Below, piece after piece: positions 14,101 to 25,940 of a stretch of DNA of 64,000 nucleotides (its first letter is position 1; every line of letters begins with the position of its first letter). The position numbers and the translations under genes were made by a program. The notes under the pieces are model-generated. The model did no database searches. It was not told where the DNA came from and was given only the letters and a program-made list of their open reading frames with translations. Source of the stretch: Balanoglossus misakiensis. Lineage: Eukaryota; Animalia; Hemichordata. The stretch lies in the NCBI GenBank assembly GCA_040954595.2, contig CM082584.2, positions 4,902,110 through 4,966,109 on the forward strand, written 5' to 3'.

Positions 14101-17100
14101 TCTGTGATTTTGAAAATTAATTTCATCTGTGTGTTTTGACAGGCGAAGTATTGCGTTGGGAATTACTTTCCGCAAATGGGTAGGGTTACAAGCAGTAATT
14201 GGTCATTTTTGTCAGATACACGTGTTTTGTCAGATACTCGCCGTACAGGGGTCCCTTTCCTTTTAGCGTAGCCCAGCCAGCGGTGGGATTGGGGCAGGGG
14301 ACCAGACTAGTAAATAAATTGTCTCCAACTCGCGTTGGGCTTCGAGCGAAGTTTTGTACCGCAGATCTGTCGTACACACGCCACCAGACTCACCGGGTAA
14401 CAAGGTTTTAAATAGTGTTAACTATAGCCGTGGTCTTTTTGTGAATAGGTAGAAAATCTCCCAACCGAAAGCGTTGGAACGTCTGCATTTTTAGACTTAC
14501 AGATATAGGCCTATCTTCACGATACACTCACTTCTTTGAAAAATAATGTCTGTAGCGCTAAATTATGAATCTGAAGAATCAGGAATAATTGTACAGAAAA
14601 TCCACCCACATAAACATTTCCTAATACATTTAATTTTAGTGACTCTTCAAGAAACATCTGCATAAACATTAACAAAACTTTACCAGTAGCAAAAGTAAAA
14701 TCTCATAAATCCATGGCTCCAAATATAGAAGTTGACGATCAAGGCCAGTAATTCCATACTAGAAATATGTGTTTTCTTACCTCACTGGCTTTCACTCCCT
14801 TAATAGCCTTCTTCGTTGCTCGCTTACTCCCAGATCTATCTAGTTTTATTCGCAAACGTGTCGTCAAACTTTCCACCACGTCAAACAAGATGTTCAATGC
14901 ATCGGAGGCCAACATCTCAACACAGTTGCCGTTGTAGAATCCTTCCCACCGCGGGATTGAAAAAAGTAGCGCAATTTCTGCGTCCCACCTTCGGGTGTCT
15001 GTGTACGTTTTTTCCATTCGTATTATACCATCATAATAATGAATGCCACCTGAAATGTTTCAAAGAAAACGACTGGTGAAAGCGTTTAAAAACCTTTGCT
15101 GCGACGACAAATGGCCTTTGCTAATGATCAATGAATAATTATGTATAACAAATGCAAAAATCAAGTGTCATTGCTGACCAGAAACCATCCTGATTTATCA
15201 GTTTGTTCTGGTCGTTTTTCGTCATGCAATCCGCGTTCCGGAACTACTATTTGAGAGATTAAACAAACAAAATGGCGTCCGCTCACCACCAACCTTATAC
15301 TATCTCCAACTCGTACGGCCGAAATCAACTAAGTGGATTGGTTTTAAAAATATGAAAAGCGGGGTTAAATTTAACGAGAACTGTTTAAACACGCACATGC
15401 ACAGCTCTCTGACATATTATTATCACACGGCTGCTTGCACGATGTCCCAGAATTTGCAATGCCCCACAATCACAATCTTCTTTTTTCCAATAGGTCTTAC
15501 GTACATGTATCCAAAGGTGCATAATGCAACACATCGCTATCAAATTCAGTTTTGCTTACCTTGCCGTGATCTTGGTTTCAGCCATCTGTATAGCATACTT
15601 TTCTTTCGGTTTTTGTTACAGTATATGTATTCAAATCTCTGTTCTTCGCCTTCGTTCTTGGGTACAAAACAGTACTTATATCGCAAAAGCACAGCAGGAT
15701 CAAGCGTGCCGATCTCACACTCGCCCTCCATATGGACAATATCTTCATTACCTGGTACTCTGCAGTGGAGAAACACACCTACTACTAGTGACAAAATCAA
15801 GGCGTATATTATCACATATACACCACTAGCCCAAACATGAGGTAAAATCAATATGCCATTATATCTTGCCCCATGTTTTAGACTTGATAAATATTTAAAT
15901 TCACTCCTGATGATTGTTATTACGAAGAGTTATCTTTCGTTGCCACAAAATAATATAAATTAATATTAGTAACAGATAATCAGGGAGAATATGCAATGTT
16001 CCATATACTGTGGCTTTTTGTGGTGGTTTTCGAGTTATCATTGAAGCAGATTTTTCGACAGACATCTGACAGATGGATGTGTATTATAGATAGACGTAAT
16101 ACGATGAATGTGGCATTGAATGCACGGTCTTATATTTGTTGCGCTACTTCATGGGTTAAAATATCTTACGTTTTCCGTTTCATTGAAACCATCCTGTAAA
16201 GGTTTTCATCGGGGTCTTCATATTCCGTTTTTCTCCCATCTCCCTTTTCTTCTTTCCATATGTAGGCAACCACTTCTGTTGTGTCAAAATCTGGAATAAA
16301 TACATCTTTGCAGAACAAGATGTGCAGATGCACCACACAACCATTGGAAAACTGCAGCTCTGGCGACGATCTAGCGGAAAACAAAAACATCAGTAAATAT
16401 ACACGAATTATTATTGAACACTGCTTTTTGAGAATAGAGGATACGAGTCAGACAGCGCCGTTAAGATCAAATGTTCCGGGCGAAAAAAAAGACCAAACAG
16501 GCATGCTGCCGTAGGATACTAATTTTTTTTTATAAAACATGGTCCTCAAGAATTGGCTCTCGAAAAGTATGTAGTCTTGGATCTGCCTGAGTAGAGGTAG
16601 CACAGCGCTGTAATTATAATAAGATACGGTGCTTACACAAGTTAAGAGGTGGCATGACTTTAGCTCGCAAAAAAACGCTGTATGGAGCCATAAACTTTCA
16701 TCTTGTATGCTTCTTATCTCTGACCTTTATGAATTTGTTCAAATCAAGAACCGGGTAGTTTAACGTCCTTTCGTTCAAAATCTGAATTTTGGTAATATGC
16801 TATTTCAAGCTTTGTAACACTGTCACACTACATTTGTCCAGTGACGGAAACAAACAAACACACACGCGCGCGCGCACACATTGAAACATCGTCTACGACA
16901 TTCCCCATGGTCATGCATTACATGATGCCCAATGTTGGCTTCATTAAAGCGCGTAGATCGTCTCACACGCATGTTCCAACTGTAGCCGCTGGTTTCAGAC
17001 GTTTAGTGAACAGTCAATCCCATAAGGCAGTGCTCACACAAGATTGCGGCGACCATAATCTGTGTCGGAGATCGGGAAAAGACACTAGCTTGGGTGAAAA

Positions 17101-19192
17101 GGAGGGACAAATCCAGAATCTACTTATACGGTGCGCATGAAATATGGAAGGAAGCGAAGGCAGTCCACTATTTGAATGCATCAAACGGAAAATTTGCTGG
17201 GAAGTTACGCGCATGCGCTTGAGACGAGCTACCCGCTTTAAACACAGGGGGCCGCAAACATGAAAGTTAATATGTAACAGGTTTGACCTGAGTGCGAGCG
17301 CAGCAAGCTAGCGTGTATATATTGTCAACACTCCACTTTGCACATGCATGCTTCATCAACTTTCTCTTGGTCAACTGAAGGCTTTGCAATACTTTGCCAA
17401 AGACGTTCCATTCTCTGATAGCTTCAGATTATCTATTTATCGATGGGTTTCATTCTCACAAGGTCATTGTGGTAGTCTTGCTGTGGTTAAACGTTTAGGC
17501 TCAAAAAGAATAAATGTTGGTGGTGGCCCCTTACGTTACAGGCGTAAAGTAATTTCGAAGTCTCGCGTGATTTCGCGTGATTACGATTTCGCGTGATTCA
17601 ATATGGCGCCGACCGTCGGGCTCTCGAAAACGGCCCAGAAAGTGCCCAGAAACGCTACTAAATTTCATTTTCCAACTTAATTTTCCACCGTCTTTGATGG
17701 TCTTGTGGTCGGTGTACATTTCTGAGTAGGATTTGCGATGAATAACGACATCGGTTTTACGTTTTAAGGAAGAGATCAAAATTAATGGATGCCACCATAG
17801 ATACAGGACGCATTTTTCGAACTCGTAGGTATATAGAGATATACATTCTATTTCCCATAATCCCTCATTCTCGTACACGCGCTATCTAAAGTGCTCGCTA
17901 CGCGGCTCGCTATAAATGGCGAAGTACGTTCCGTTCTGCGTTTTCCCAACCTAACTTATCATTTGCTAATCCAGAATAAAAGCTATCAATTTCCCATTAA
18001 TCACCTGCTAACGACTTAATCTGTGTGCCCCATCGACCGATTAAGTTGATGAAGTAAACATCGGTCAGCGAGTACTGGGTATAACAGAGTGAGAACTGAC
18101 CGATGTTTACTTAATCCACTAAATCCGTGGATGGGGCACACAGATTAAGTCGTTAGCAGGTGCTTAATGGGAAATGCGATAGCTTTTATTCTGGATTAGC
18201 AACTGATAAGACAGGTGGAGGTAACACAGAAAAATTAGCAAGCACAAAGACTGTTCATCAAGTACTGTTTATTGGGGGGAAATGCAGAAACTCCGCCATT
18301 TATAACTTTCATGTTTGCAGCCCCCCTGTGGCTTTAAATTACTGCCCATACACTTGAATAATGAAAACTAAGAAAAAAACATGTCATTATAGACTAACTT
18401 CCTGCATTCATACAAGTCTTACTTTTGTTGACTATGTTGAGCTTCTGGATTTTCTTCTCCACCACCTTTAGTTTTCGTTCTGGTAGACGTATCCTGGAAA
18501 AGTATGCGAGAAGATATGATGTATGGCAATGATTCTGTCAAATGATCCGGCATTATTGATATTAATCCGTCGATGCAAACGCAAAGGTGTGATTTTTTAA
18601 ACGGCTGCAATCTGATCAAAATCAGCAATAGGGATATGCGGCGCCTTAATGTTCGCGTTCTGATTAGAGGAGACAGTGAAAATTTCCCACAGCATAATAA
18701 AACATACCAGATTGCTGCCGGAAGCACCATCGTCATTTTCATCTCTTGTGCCACGCAAAACTCCAACATCTGCAAAACCTTCGGTAAAACAATTGAAAAG
18801 GTATTTATCGCTGGCTAAGTTGAATGTTTGTGAAATAAAGTTGAAGTCACTCTGAGGTGTAAATTGTGGACAATGCCAGTATGCATCAGAACATGTTTAT
18901 GATCAGATTATAATATTCATGTAGTCATTACAACTCTTCTAATGATCATGTGTCCCTGGTATATCGACACCTGATAAGTCAGACACGTACTACTAAATTA
19001 GAGGCCATCTGTCGGTTGGTAATTAAGTTATATATACTTGCGCCAGTGTTCACGTATTGTATCTAAACCCGTACCAACTTCACGTTTTCTCTCCGCTCCT
19101 TCGTCTAATTGTTGTTCATGTTTGCCGTTTCTAGGTTGCTGGTCGCTCAACATTCCCGCTTTTGCAGCAAAATAATTGAAATATGCGGCCAT
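413..19192 (-). CDS. RNF213: RNF213 (mysterin)-like giant E3 ligase/AAA+ ATPase family gene, N-terminal ~680 aa; continues beyond the left edge
   Basis: Exons in transcript order, each with an AG acceptor and GT donor (last donor GC) and all phases compatible without stops: 19075-19192 (starts ATG GCC), 18708-18769, 18423-18493, 16170-16370, 15560-15759, 14781-15049, 4072-4346, 3144-3383, 2194-2383, 1846-1922, 413-749 (2040 nt). The translation has motifs in the same order as the RNF213 N-arm as I recall it: VVHLHILFCKDVF (~VFFHAII), HMEGECEI..LRYKYCF..FEYIY..YRWL (~LVEGIVCI..IPYKYVI..YEFIY..NRCL), IHYYDG (~WHQYYD), SGIAMMIVIEKY, WIHCLPVKH..AWWGLEGL (~WLVVLPLLH..TWAALEGL), VDDMLPRSLM (~IDEPLFRSW). 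The AAA and RING domains are not in the window, so orthologue versus paralogue is unresolved. Confidence 0.78.
828..1345. repeat. Tandem duplication, period 265 bp, two apparently identical copies
   Basis: 828-1080 recurs at 1093-1345, separated by a 12-bp partial restart (acactaacgaac). Confidence 0.95.
1354..1533. repeat. Palindromic hairpin (MITE-like)
   Basis: Perfect 31-bp inverted repeat 1377-1407 / 1475-1505, inner stems attagcgc/gcgctaat and atcgccc/gggcgat, outer gagatgt/acatctc. Confidence 0.85.
6101..6749 (+). pseudogene. LINE ORF1p remnant (coiled coil + RRM + CTD), N-terminally truncated, in-frame TAG at 6261-6263
   Basis: Heptad-like region, then RSFNIRIGGVEE, IENAHRTG..PRHIIVRL, FVVNDLP and FRNGKLFIDG, typical of L1-type ORF1p; ORFs 6060-6263 and 6264-6749 share one frame. 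Confidence 0.85.
7312..11005 (+). pseudogene. LINE ORF2 (APE endonuclease, reverse transcriptase, C-terminal CCHC), disrupted by frameshifts and deletions
   Basis: SINVRGL, CLQETH, GDWN, SRIDYFL, TDH (endonuclease); KSPGSDG, WRPITLLNTDYK, DFEKAFD, GVRQGDPLSP, YADD at 9391-9402 (RT); CTFC..EDIIHLFFEC (zinc knuckle). Breaks near 8870 (the usual GIITxLPK segment is missing), ~9340 and ~10140. Confidence 0.95.
12023..13822. mobile_element. PIF/Harbinger-type MITE with TTA target duplication
   Basis: TTA|gggaccgttcagttt ... aaactgaacggtccc|TTA. GG-start TIRs with a TWA TSD are typical of Harbinger/Tourist elements. Confidence 0.85.
12835..13613. mobile_element. Second PIF/Harbinger-type MITE nested in the previous one
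   Basis: TTA|ggctgcattcacaaacacctctggaggggggg ... cccccctccagaggtgtttgtgaatgcagcc|TTA. Confidence 0.9.
17955..18210. repeat. Long imperfect palindrome (~115-bp arms, ~27-nt loop)
   Basis: tgctaatccagaataaaagctatc...gtaaacatcggtcag pairs with ctgaccgatgtttac...gatagcttttattctggattagca. Confidence 0.9.
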
Positions 19193-19467
19193 CTAAGGCA
19201 AGAAAAAAAAATATGAAAGTGGAAAGAAACCTGATGACGGCGTTTCCAGTTAAATGTATTCTATGAGGAATGGGTTGGTGTTAAAAATATGGTGACGTCA
19301 TAAAACGTAGCGCCCGTTAACATTTAGACCCTTCCCATGCATCCTTGTCGGCGAAATTTACCTTTCCCGGGAATTCTACCCTGAGGGGTCGAACTTCATA
19401 ATTTAGACTGACATCTATGAGGATAACTAACATGAGTCCGTGAGTACGGTGTCGAAATAAAGCTTTA

Positions 19468-19735
19468 GGCCAAATAAAAAATATGTGCTGTTCCGATTAC
19501 ATGGTTTTCAAAAATTGGGTAGGTAGGTAGGTCGGGTAGGTAGGTAAGTAGGTAGAGAAATTGTTTTATTTTGCAACGTCACAGTTCTTGCGTGATTCTC
19601 GCAATGTTCATACATTTGGATAATTGACACCGTTATTTTTACTTCCGGTTTACGAAGCTCTGAAAAGTTTAGGGTCGGCGGGCTAAAATTAGGGTAGGTC
19701 GGGTAATCAGAACAGCACATATTTTTTATTTGGCC
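19468..19735. mobile_element. PIF/Harbinger-type MITE
   Basis: TTA|ggccaaataaaaaatatgtgctgttc ... gaacagcacatattttttatttggcc|TTA, with an internal (GGTA)n tract. Confidence 0.9.
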
Positions 19736-19946
19736 TTAGGGAGGGTGGTAAGAAGCCAAACCATAATGTATTGTGCCAGGAAGTATTCATTAATTAGGTT
19801 CCGTAGCATAACTGTTTGAGTTCAGAGGTAAAATGAAAAAATGAACACGATTGGAACTATTTTGGGGTAATTGCATGGTAATAAACTCTGTTAAACTCTC
19901 ATCGCAGTACATGTAGCCTACACACATATTTACAACATATTTATTA

Positions 19947-20077
19947 TTTTGTTTTGTTTTGTTTTGTTTTGTTTTGTTTTGTTTTGTTTTGTTTTGTTTT
20001 GTTTTGTTTTGTTTTGTTTTGTTTTGTTTTGTTTTGTTTTGTTTTGTTTTGTTTTGTTTTGTTTTGTTTTGTTTTGT
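19947..20077. repeat. (TTTTG)n microsatellite
   Basis: About 26 perfect pentamer units. Confidence 0.98.
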
Positions 20078-20241
20078 GACAGAAATACGGCATTCTACCC
20101 AAGTACAACGAATACTAATAGTTTTGCACGCATTTTATCGGTATGCAATTATCTTATCGGTATCCAATTATCCCCAATCGTGTTAATGGATGCAGCTACG
20201 ATTATAAGCTGTATACGCTGCCTTACAGCTACCTTTAGTTG

Positions 20242-20362
20242 CCTATATATAGGTGTGTCTAGGCATATAGGCGGGTATTTTCTTTTATTTCTTTGCCGGG
20301 TAATTGACTAGTTCATTGTGCAAGTGACCCGCGATGTATTGTATTACCATGAAACCGAAAGT
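20242..20362 (-). promoter_or_regulatory. ISRE/IRF-like site plus TATA-like palindrome (proximal copy)
   Basis: GAAACCGAAAGT at 20351-20362 fits GAAANNGAAA; cctatatatagg at 20242-20253. Confidence 0.4.
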
Positions 20363-23300
20363 TACTGCGTGTTTTTCTGTGATTATTGAAGTTTGGTCAA
20401 AAAAAGGGGCGAAGAACGTTATTACCTCCCGGAAGAAAGAAAGTAATGAATTATCCCCAACAATGGAAATAGGAACTTATAAATTATAGTCGGATCACGA
20501 GACGCAAACCTGTAGTGGTTTTTGCGGAGTCGTACAACTTCTCATCTACGGCTCGAAGTTGCACTGCTCCGCGAAAACCACTCGTATACGATGACTTCAA
20601 ACAAAGAAAAATATCATGGGATTATATATAATTATCACCAATTGAATACATATTTATATAATCATTTTATCAGTAAAGGCTGCCGATGAGCAAAAAGTAA
20701 TTTGAGGAATTTGCCCAGCTAATTTCTCTCATGTGCGGGGCATAAGTAATTTTCCTCGCAAGGCAAAAAATCGCAAACATGTTGAATATTTTGATCCATG
20801 GCACAAAATTAAAAAAACACACACACACACCAAAATCTGCCACCACACGAAAGGAAACTTGCTGAGCAAAATTCCTCGAACTACTTTTAGCTCCGCTAAA
20901 TTATCTCATGTGCGTCTGCCTTAATCGTGAATCATTTGAGTATGGTTGAGTTCATGTCACAGCTTGCAATATTTCAAGTCCATGCGCACCCGAAACTTTA
21001 ATACCAGCAAACGTCGGTATATACGCCTTTTTAATGAAAAGGGTCTTCTTCCAAGACATGGCGTCATCTCCAAGCAGACAACACGAAAACGACGCCAGTA
21101 TGCCACAACTTACCTAACAATAAAATTTGGCGAGGATATACAAGACAATAAAGTTTTTACTCTGTGGCCGTGTCGTCTTGGTAGGGCACCTTTTTTATGA
21201 AAAAAAATGCGTATAATTTGAATGATCAGGGCGCCTGATACTATTCCTACATGTTAGTTTGTGTAGGTAGACCGTCTTGTTCCTTTTCTGTATTATTCAT
21301 CATGTCGCCTCCACTTCGAAGAAAGCCAATCTCGTTTAGTACGCATGTGTGAGTTGTTATTGCATTGCTTTTTGACCCAGGTAACAGCAGTCACGATCGC
21401 CATTTATCAGAAGCGTCCGTCTAAGTCTTCTACGCCGTCGAGACAGACATGCCGTTGATAACTCGATCAGCTGACGTACACGTAGTCAAAATAGGTTAGG
21501 TCTGGAGGAATGTCACTTGAACAGGTTGATAATTTAACTCAACTGTCAGTTCTACACACATGATGGATGGGCGTGTTATCTCTCCCAATCACTTTTGCAC
21601 CTTGATTACACAACTCTGCATTTACTTTGTTTAAAGCCGTCCTAACGGGCAATATAGTTGAATATGTGGCATGATAATTCGTATCTCAGTACTTCTCGAA
21701 GGGCGGTATAATTTGCGGTCACCTTTACCTTTCCCCTGCATGTGTTGTCGGGCTCCTAAATTATGACTACTTGTACTTCGTCTTTTCTGAGTATGTCGTT
21801 TGTTAGCAGAGATTTGCCTATCGAATGTCAATAAACGCAAACTGCATGGTCAATCTTGCATGAAATGGCCGTCCGACACACACCACTAACAGTGCAACTC
21901 CATGTAGGGATCACACGGGCATACTGACAAGCAAGTAAAAAGGGACTGATCATAATTTTCGACCAAGGGTGGGTGTGTAGAGTTAACTTGCTTCTGAATG
22001 GTCACGTGATTCAGAGGGGTCATATGGGGCCTTAATTTTTTGCAATAGACCATGTGAAAATGTTCTCTGTTAAAATTGTTTGGTAAACCGACAGTGCTTT
22101 TAAGAATGTATTTGGTTTATGGTTGGACCAGGAATGTGTTTTTCAGATAAGACGTGATAACAACTCTCCCCGTGAGACATGTAAACCTAGTCCCATTGAC
22201 AAAACTGATTTTAAATGTTACGCTAGAAATTATGAACATCAACAATTAATGAAGCAGTGTGTAAAACGCGAATCCAATTAATGTGATGGGATCTAAATAA
22301 AAGAATGTCTTCTGTTTCAAATTTCCCATATGGCATATTTGTATTTTTACATGATTTTCTTGAATCTGTGATTATTGATGTTTGGTCAGAAAAAGCGGCG
22401 GGGAACGTTTTTACCTCCCCGAAAGAAAGTAATGAATTATCCCCAACAATTGAAATAGGAACTTATAAATTATCGTCGGATCACGAGACGCAAACCTCGC
22501 CATTAAACAACTGTTCATGTGATAAATATAATGCCATGACCTGTAGTGGTTTTCCCGGAGTCGTACAACTTCTCATCTACGGCTCGAAGTTGCACTGCTC
22601 CGCGAAAACCACTCGTAGTTGCACTGCTCCGCGAAAACCACTCGTATACGATGACTTCAAACAAAGAAAAATATCATGGGATTATATATAATTATCACCA
22701 ATTGAATACATACATGTACTTATATTATCATTTTATCAGTAAAGGCTGCCGATGAGCAAAAAGTAATTTGAGGAATTTTGCCCAGCTAATTTCTCTCATG
22801 TGCGGGGCATAAGTAATTTTCCTCGCAAGGGAAAAAATCGCAAACATGTTGAATATTTTGATCCATGGCACAAAATTTAAAAAAAACACACACACACACC
22901 AAAATCTGCCACAACACGAAAGGAAACTTGCTGAGCAAAATTCCTCGAACGACTTTTAGCTCCGCTAAATTATCTCATGTGCGTCTGCCTTAATCGTGAA
23001 TCATTTAAATTTGAATATGGTTGAGTTCATGTCACAGCTTGCAATATATTAAAATTTCAAGTCCATGCGCACCCGAAACTTTAATACCAGCAAACGTCGG
23101 TAGATACGCCTTTTTAATGAAAAGGGTCTTCTCCCAAGACATGGCGTCATCTCTAACCAGACAACACGAAAACGACGCCAGTAAGCCACAACTTACCTAA
23201 CAATAAAATGTGGCGAGGATATACAAGACGATAAAGTTTTTACTCTGTGGCCGTGTCGTCTTGGAAGGGCACCTTTTTTATGAAAAAAATGCGTATAATT

Positions 23301-24255
23301 TGAATGATCAGGGCGCCTGATACTATTCCTACATGTTAGTTTGTGTATAGGTAGACCGTCTTGTTCTTTTTCTGTATTATTCATGTCGCCTCCACTTCGA
23401 AGAAAGCCAATCTCGTTTAGTACGCATGTGTGAGTTGTTATTGCATTGCTTTTTGACCCAGGTAACAGCAGGTACGATCGCCATTTATCAGAAGCGTCCG
23501 TCTAAGTCTTCTACGCCGTCGAGACAGACATGCCGTTGATAACTCGATCAGCTGACGTACACGTAGTCAAAATAGGTTAGGTATGGAGGAATGTCACTTG
23601 AACAGGTTGATAATTTAACTCAACTGTCAGTTCTACACACATGATGGATGGGCGTGTTATCTCTCCCAATCACTTTTGCACCTTGATTACACAACTCTGC
23701 ATTTACTTTGTTTAAAACCGTCCTAACGGGCAATATAGTTGATTGTGTGACATGACAAATCATATCTCAGTACTTCTCGAAGGAGTGTATAATTTGCGGC
23801 CACCTTTCCCCTGCATTGGTGTGTGTTGTCGGGCTCCTAAATTATGACTACTTGTACTTCGTCTTTTCTGAGTATGTCGTTTGTTAGCAGTGCATATATT
23901 TTTGTTCGTGTACAACTGCGTCACAACAGGTAGCACGGCCAGGGCAGGGCGCGTGAAGCAGCATTTTATGCCCGTTGGGACGTCAACCAAAATACGGACT
24001 GATTTATATAAATAGACACTAAATACCTCAATGGCATATCTGGAAATCGATACCTTTGTTAATCCGTTTATAATATGTGGTTCTGAGTGGGAAAAAATCT
24101 GCGCAGAAAATCTGGCATGCCATCATTGGTCAGTAGTCTTGATTTTGTGGAATGCTTCTTTATGGCCGTCCGAGATTTTATTTCTTTTCTAGTCAAAAAC
24201 ACACAAAACTGGGTTTAAGTTTATCCCGTGTTATTACAACTCATGATAAACTTAC

Positions 24256-24482
24256 CTGAAACTTTTATTTTAGAGAGGGATTGGGCCTACACTGTTCAGC
24301 CGAAAGGATCCGCACGTAATTCTCGGTTGCGCTACAATGCTTTCGGCTACTTTCAGTTGCCTATATATAGGTGGCCTGTTTGCCATATAGGCGGGTATTA
24401 ACTTGTATTTCTTTGCCGGGTAATTGACTAGATCATTGTGGAAGTGACCCGCGATGTATTGTATTGCCATGAAACCGAAAGT
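24256..24482 (-). promoter_or_regulatory. Candidate promoter and non-coding first exon of the RNF213-like gene
   Basis: In minus-strand order: ISRE-like GAAACCGAAAGT (24471-24482), TATA-like cctatatatagg (24360-24371), ~80 nt without ATG, then a perfect donor CAG|GTAAGT at 24256/24255. Confidence 0.5.
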
Positions 24483-25940
24483 TACTGCGTTTTTCTTTTT
24501 GCCATTTCTCTTTGTTGACCGAAAGCAGTTGCGTATCGCCTTCCTTATGAATCAAAAAATGGCGAGAAGAAATACGTTCATATATATACGGGTTACTCAC
24601 CCTCAGCTGAGATTTGCCTATGGAATGTCAATAAAGGCAAACTGCATGGTCAATCTTGCATGAAATGGCCGTCCGACACACACCACTAACAGTGCAACTT
24701 CATGTAGGGATCGCACGGGCACACTGACAAGCAAGTAAAAAAGGGACTGATCATAATTTTCGACCAAGGGTGGGTGGGTAGAGTTAACTTGCTTCTGAAT
24801 GGTCACGTGATTCAGAGGGGTCATATGGGGCGTTATATTTTGCAAAAGACCATGTGAAAATGTTCTCTGTTAAAATTGTTTGGTAAACAGACAGTGCTTT
24901 TAAGAATGTATTTGGTTTATGGTTGGATCAGGAATGTGTTTTTCGAATAAGACGTATAACAACTCTCCCCGTGAGACATGTAAACCTATACCCATTGACA
25001 AAACTGATTTTAAATGTTACGCTAGAAATTATGAACATCAACAATTAATGAAGCAGTGTGTAAAACGCGAATCCAATTAATGTGATGGGATCTAAATAAA
25101 AGAAATATATGTCTTCTGTTTCAAATTTCCCATATGGCATATTTGTATTTTTACAGGATTTTCTTGAATCTGTGATTATTGAAGTTTGGTCAGAAAAAGG
25201 GGCGGGGAACGTTTTTACCTCCCCGAAAAAAAGTAATGAATTATCCCCAACAATGGAAATAGGAACTTATAAATTATAGTCGGATCACGAGACGCCAACC
25301 TCGCCATAAAACAACACCGCGTCGATCGTGTGACATCTACCAGTCTCACTAAACCGTCCGTTAAATCTTATGAGCAAAAGCTGACCTCAACTTGACCCTC
25401 GGACCAACAGCTAGCAAACCTGCGTTATTGTTGTTCGCTCCAGGCAATGTCGAGCAGTGTTGACGACGCGACTTCTATTCTGTAAACGTGTAGGCTGTAG
25501 TATCATTCAAAAGGGGTGACCTCGTTCATATTGAGCACATCCACATTATAAATAAAACTCTTTCCCACTCTCTTTCAAAATATCATATTTACAATTATTT
25601 CGCATCGCGAAATTCCGGCAAAACTTCAGTGGATTTATCGTTTTTTTAATGGAGCAGGACAATTTTGGGGAAAATTTGGGCGTCGGGGGTGTTTTTTTTG
25701 GGGGGGGATGCAACCGTTCGGTTTTCAAATTTATCGGAGGTAAGAGTTCAACCCCGTAACTGAGCTGACGGCAGGCAGTTGATTGGAAAATTACACACAA
25801 GGCCTTGTAGCGGTTACGCTGCGAACACACCACTCAACCTGGCAGCACCCGCTACGTACATAGTTTCCGTCTCAACAGACAAGCATCACATTGAACAAGC
25901 CAAGAAATTAATTGGGTAGTCTTGCCCACCCGTGCTGTCA

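Larger units (their letters stand above)
11721..14309. mobile_element. Non-autonomous TIR element with ~110-bp imperfect inverted ends (TAGTCTGG...CCAGACTA)
   Basis: 11721-11835 is the reverse complement of ~14205-14309. Superfamily not assigned. Confidence 0.7.
20228..25307. repeat. Rearranged tandem array of a ~2.8-kb unit
   Basis: 20228-20371 ~ 24346-24490; 20378-21807 ~ 22367-23890; 21808-22505 ~ 24609-25307. Confidence 0.92.

Noticed and set aside
19949-20311. FCFVL-repeat ORFs
   Set aside because: Translation of the (TTTTG)n microsatellite.
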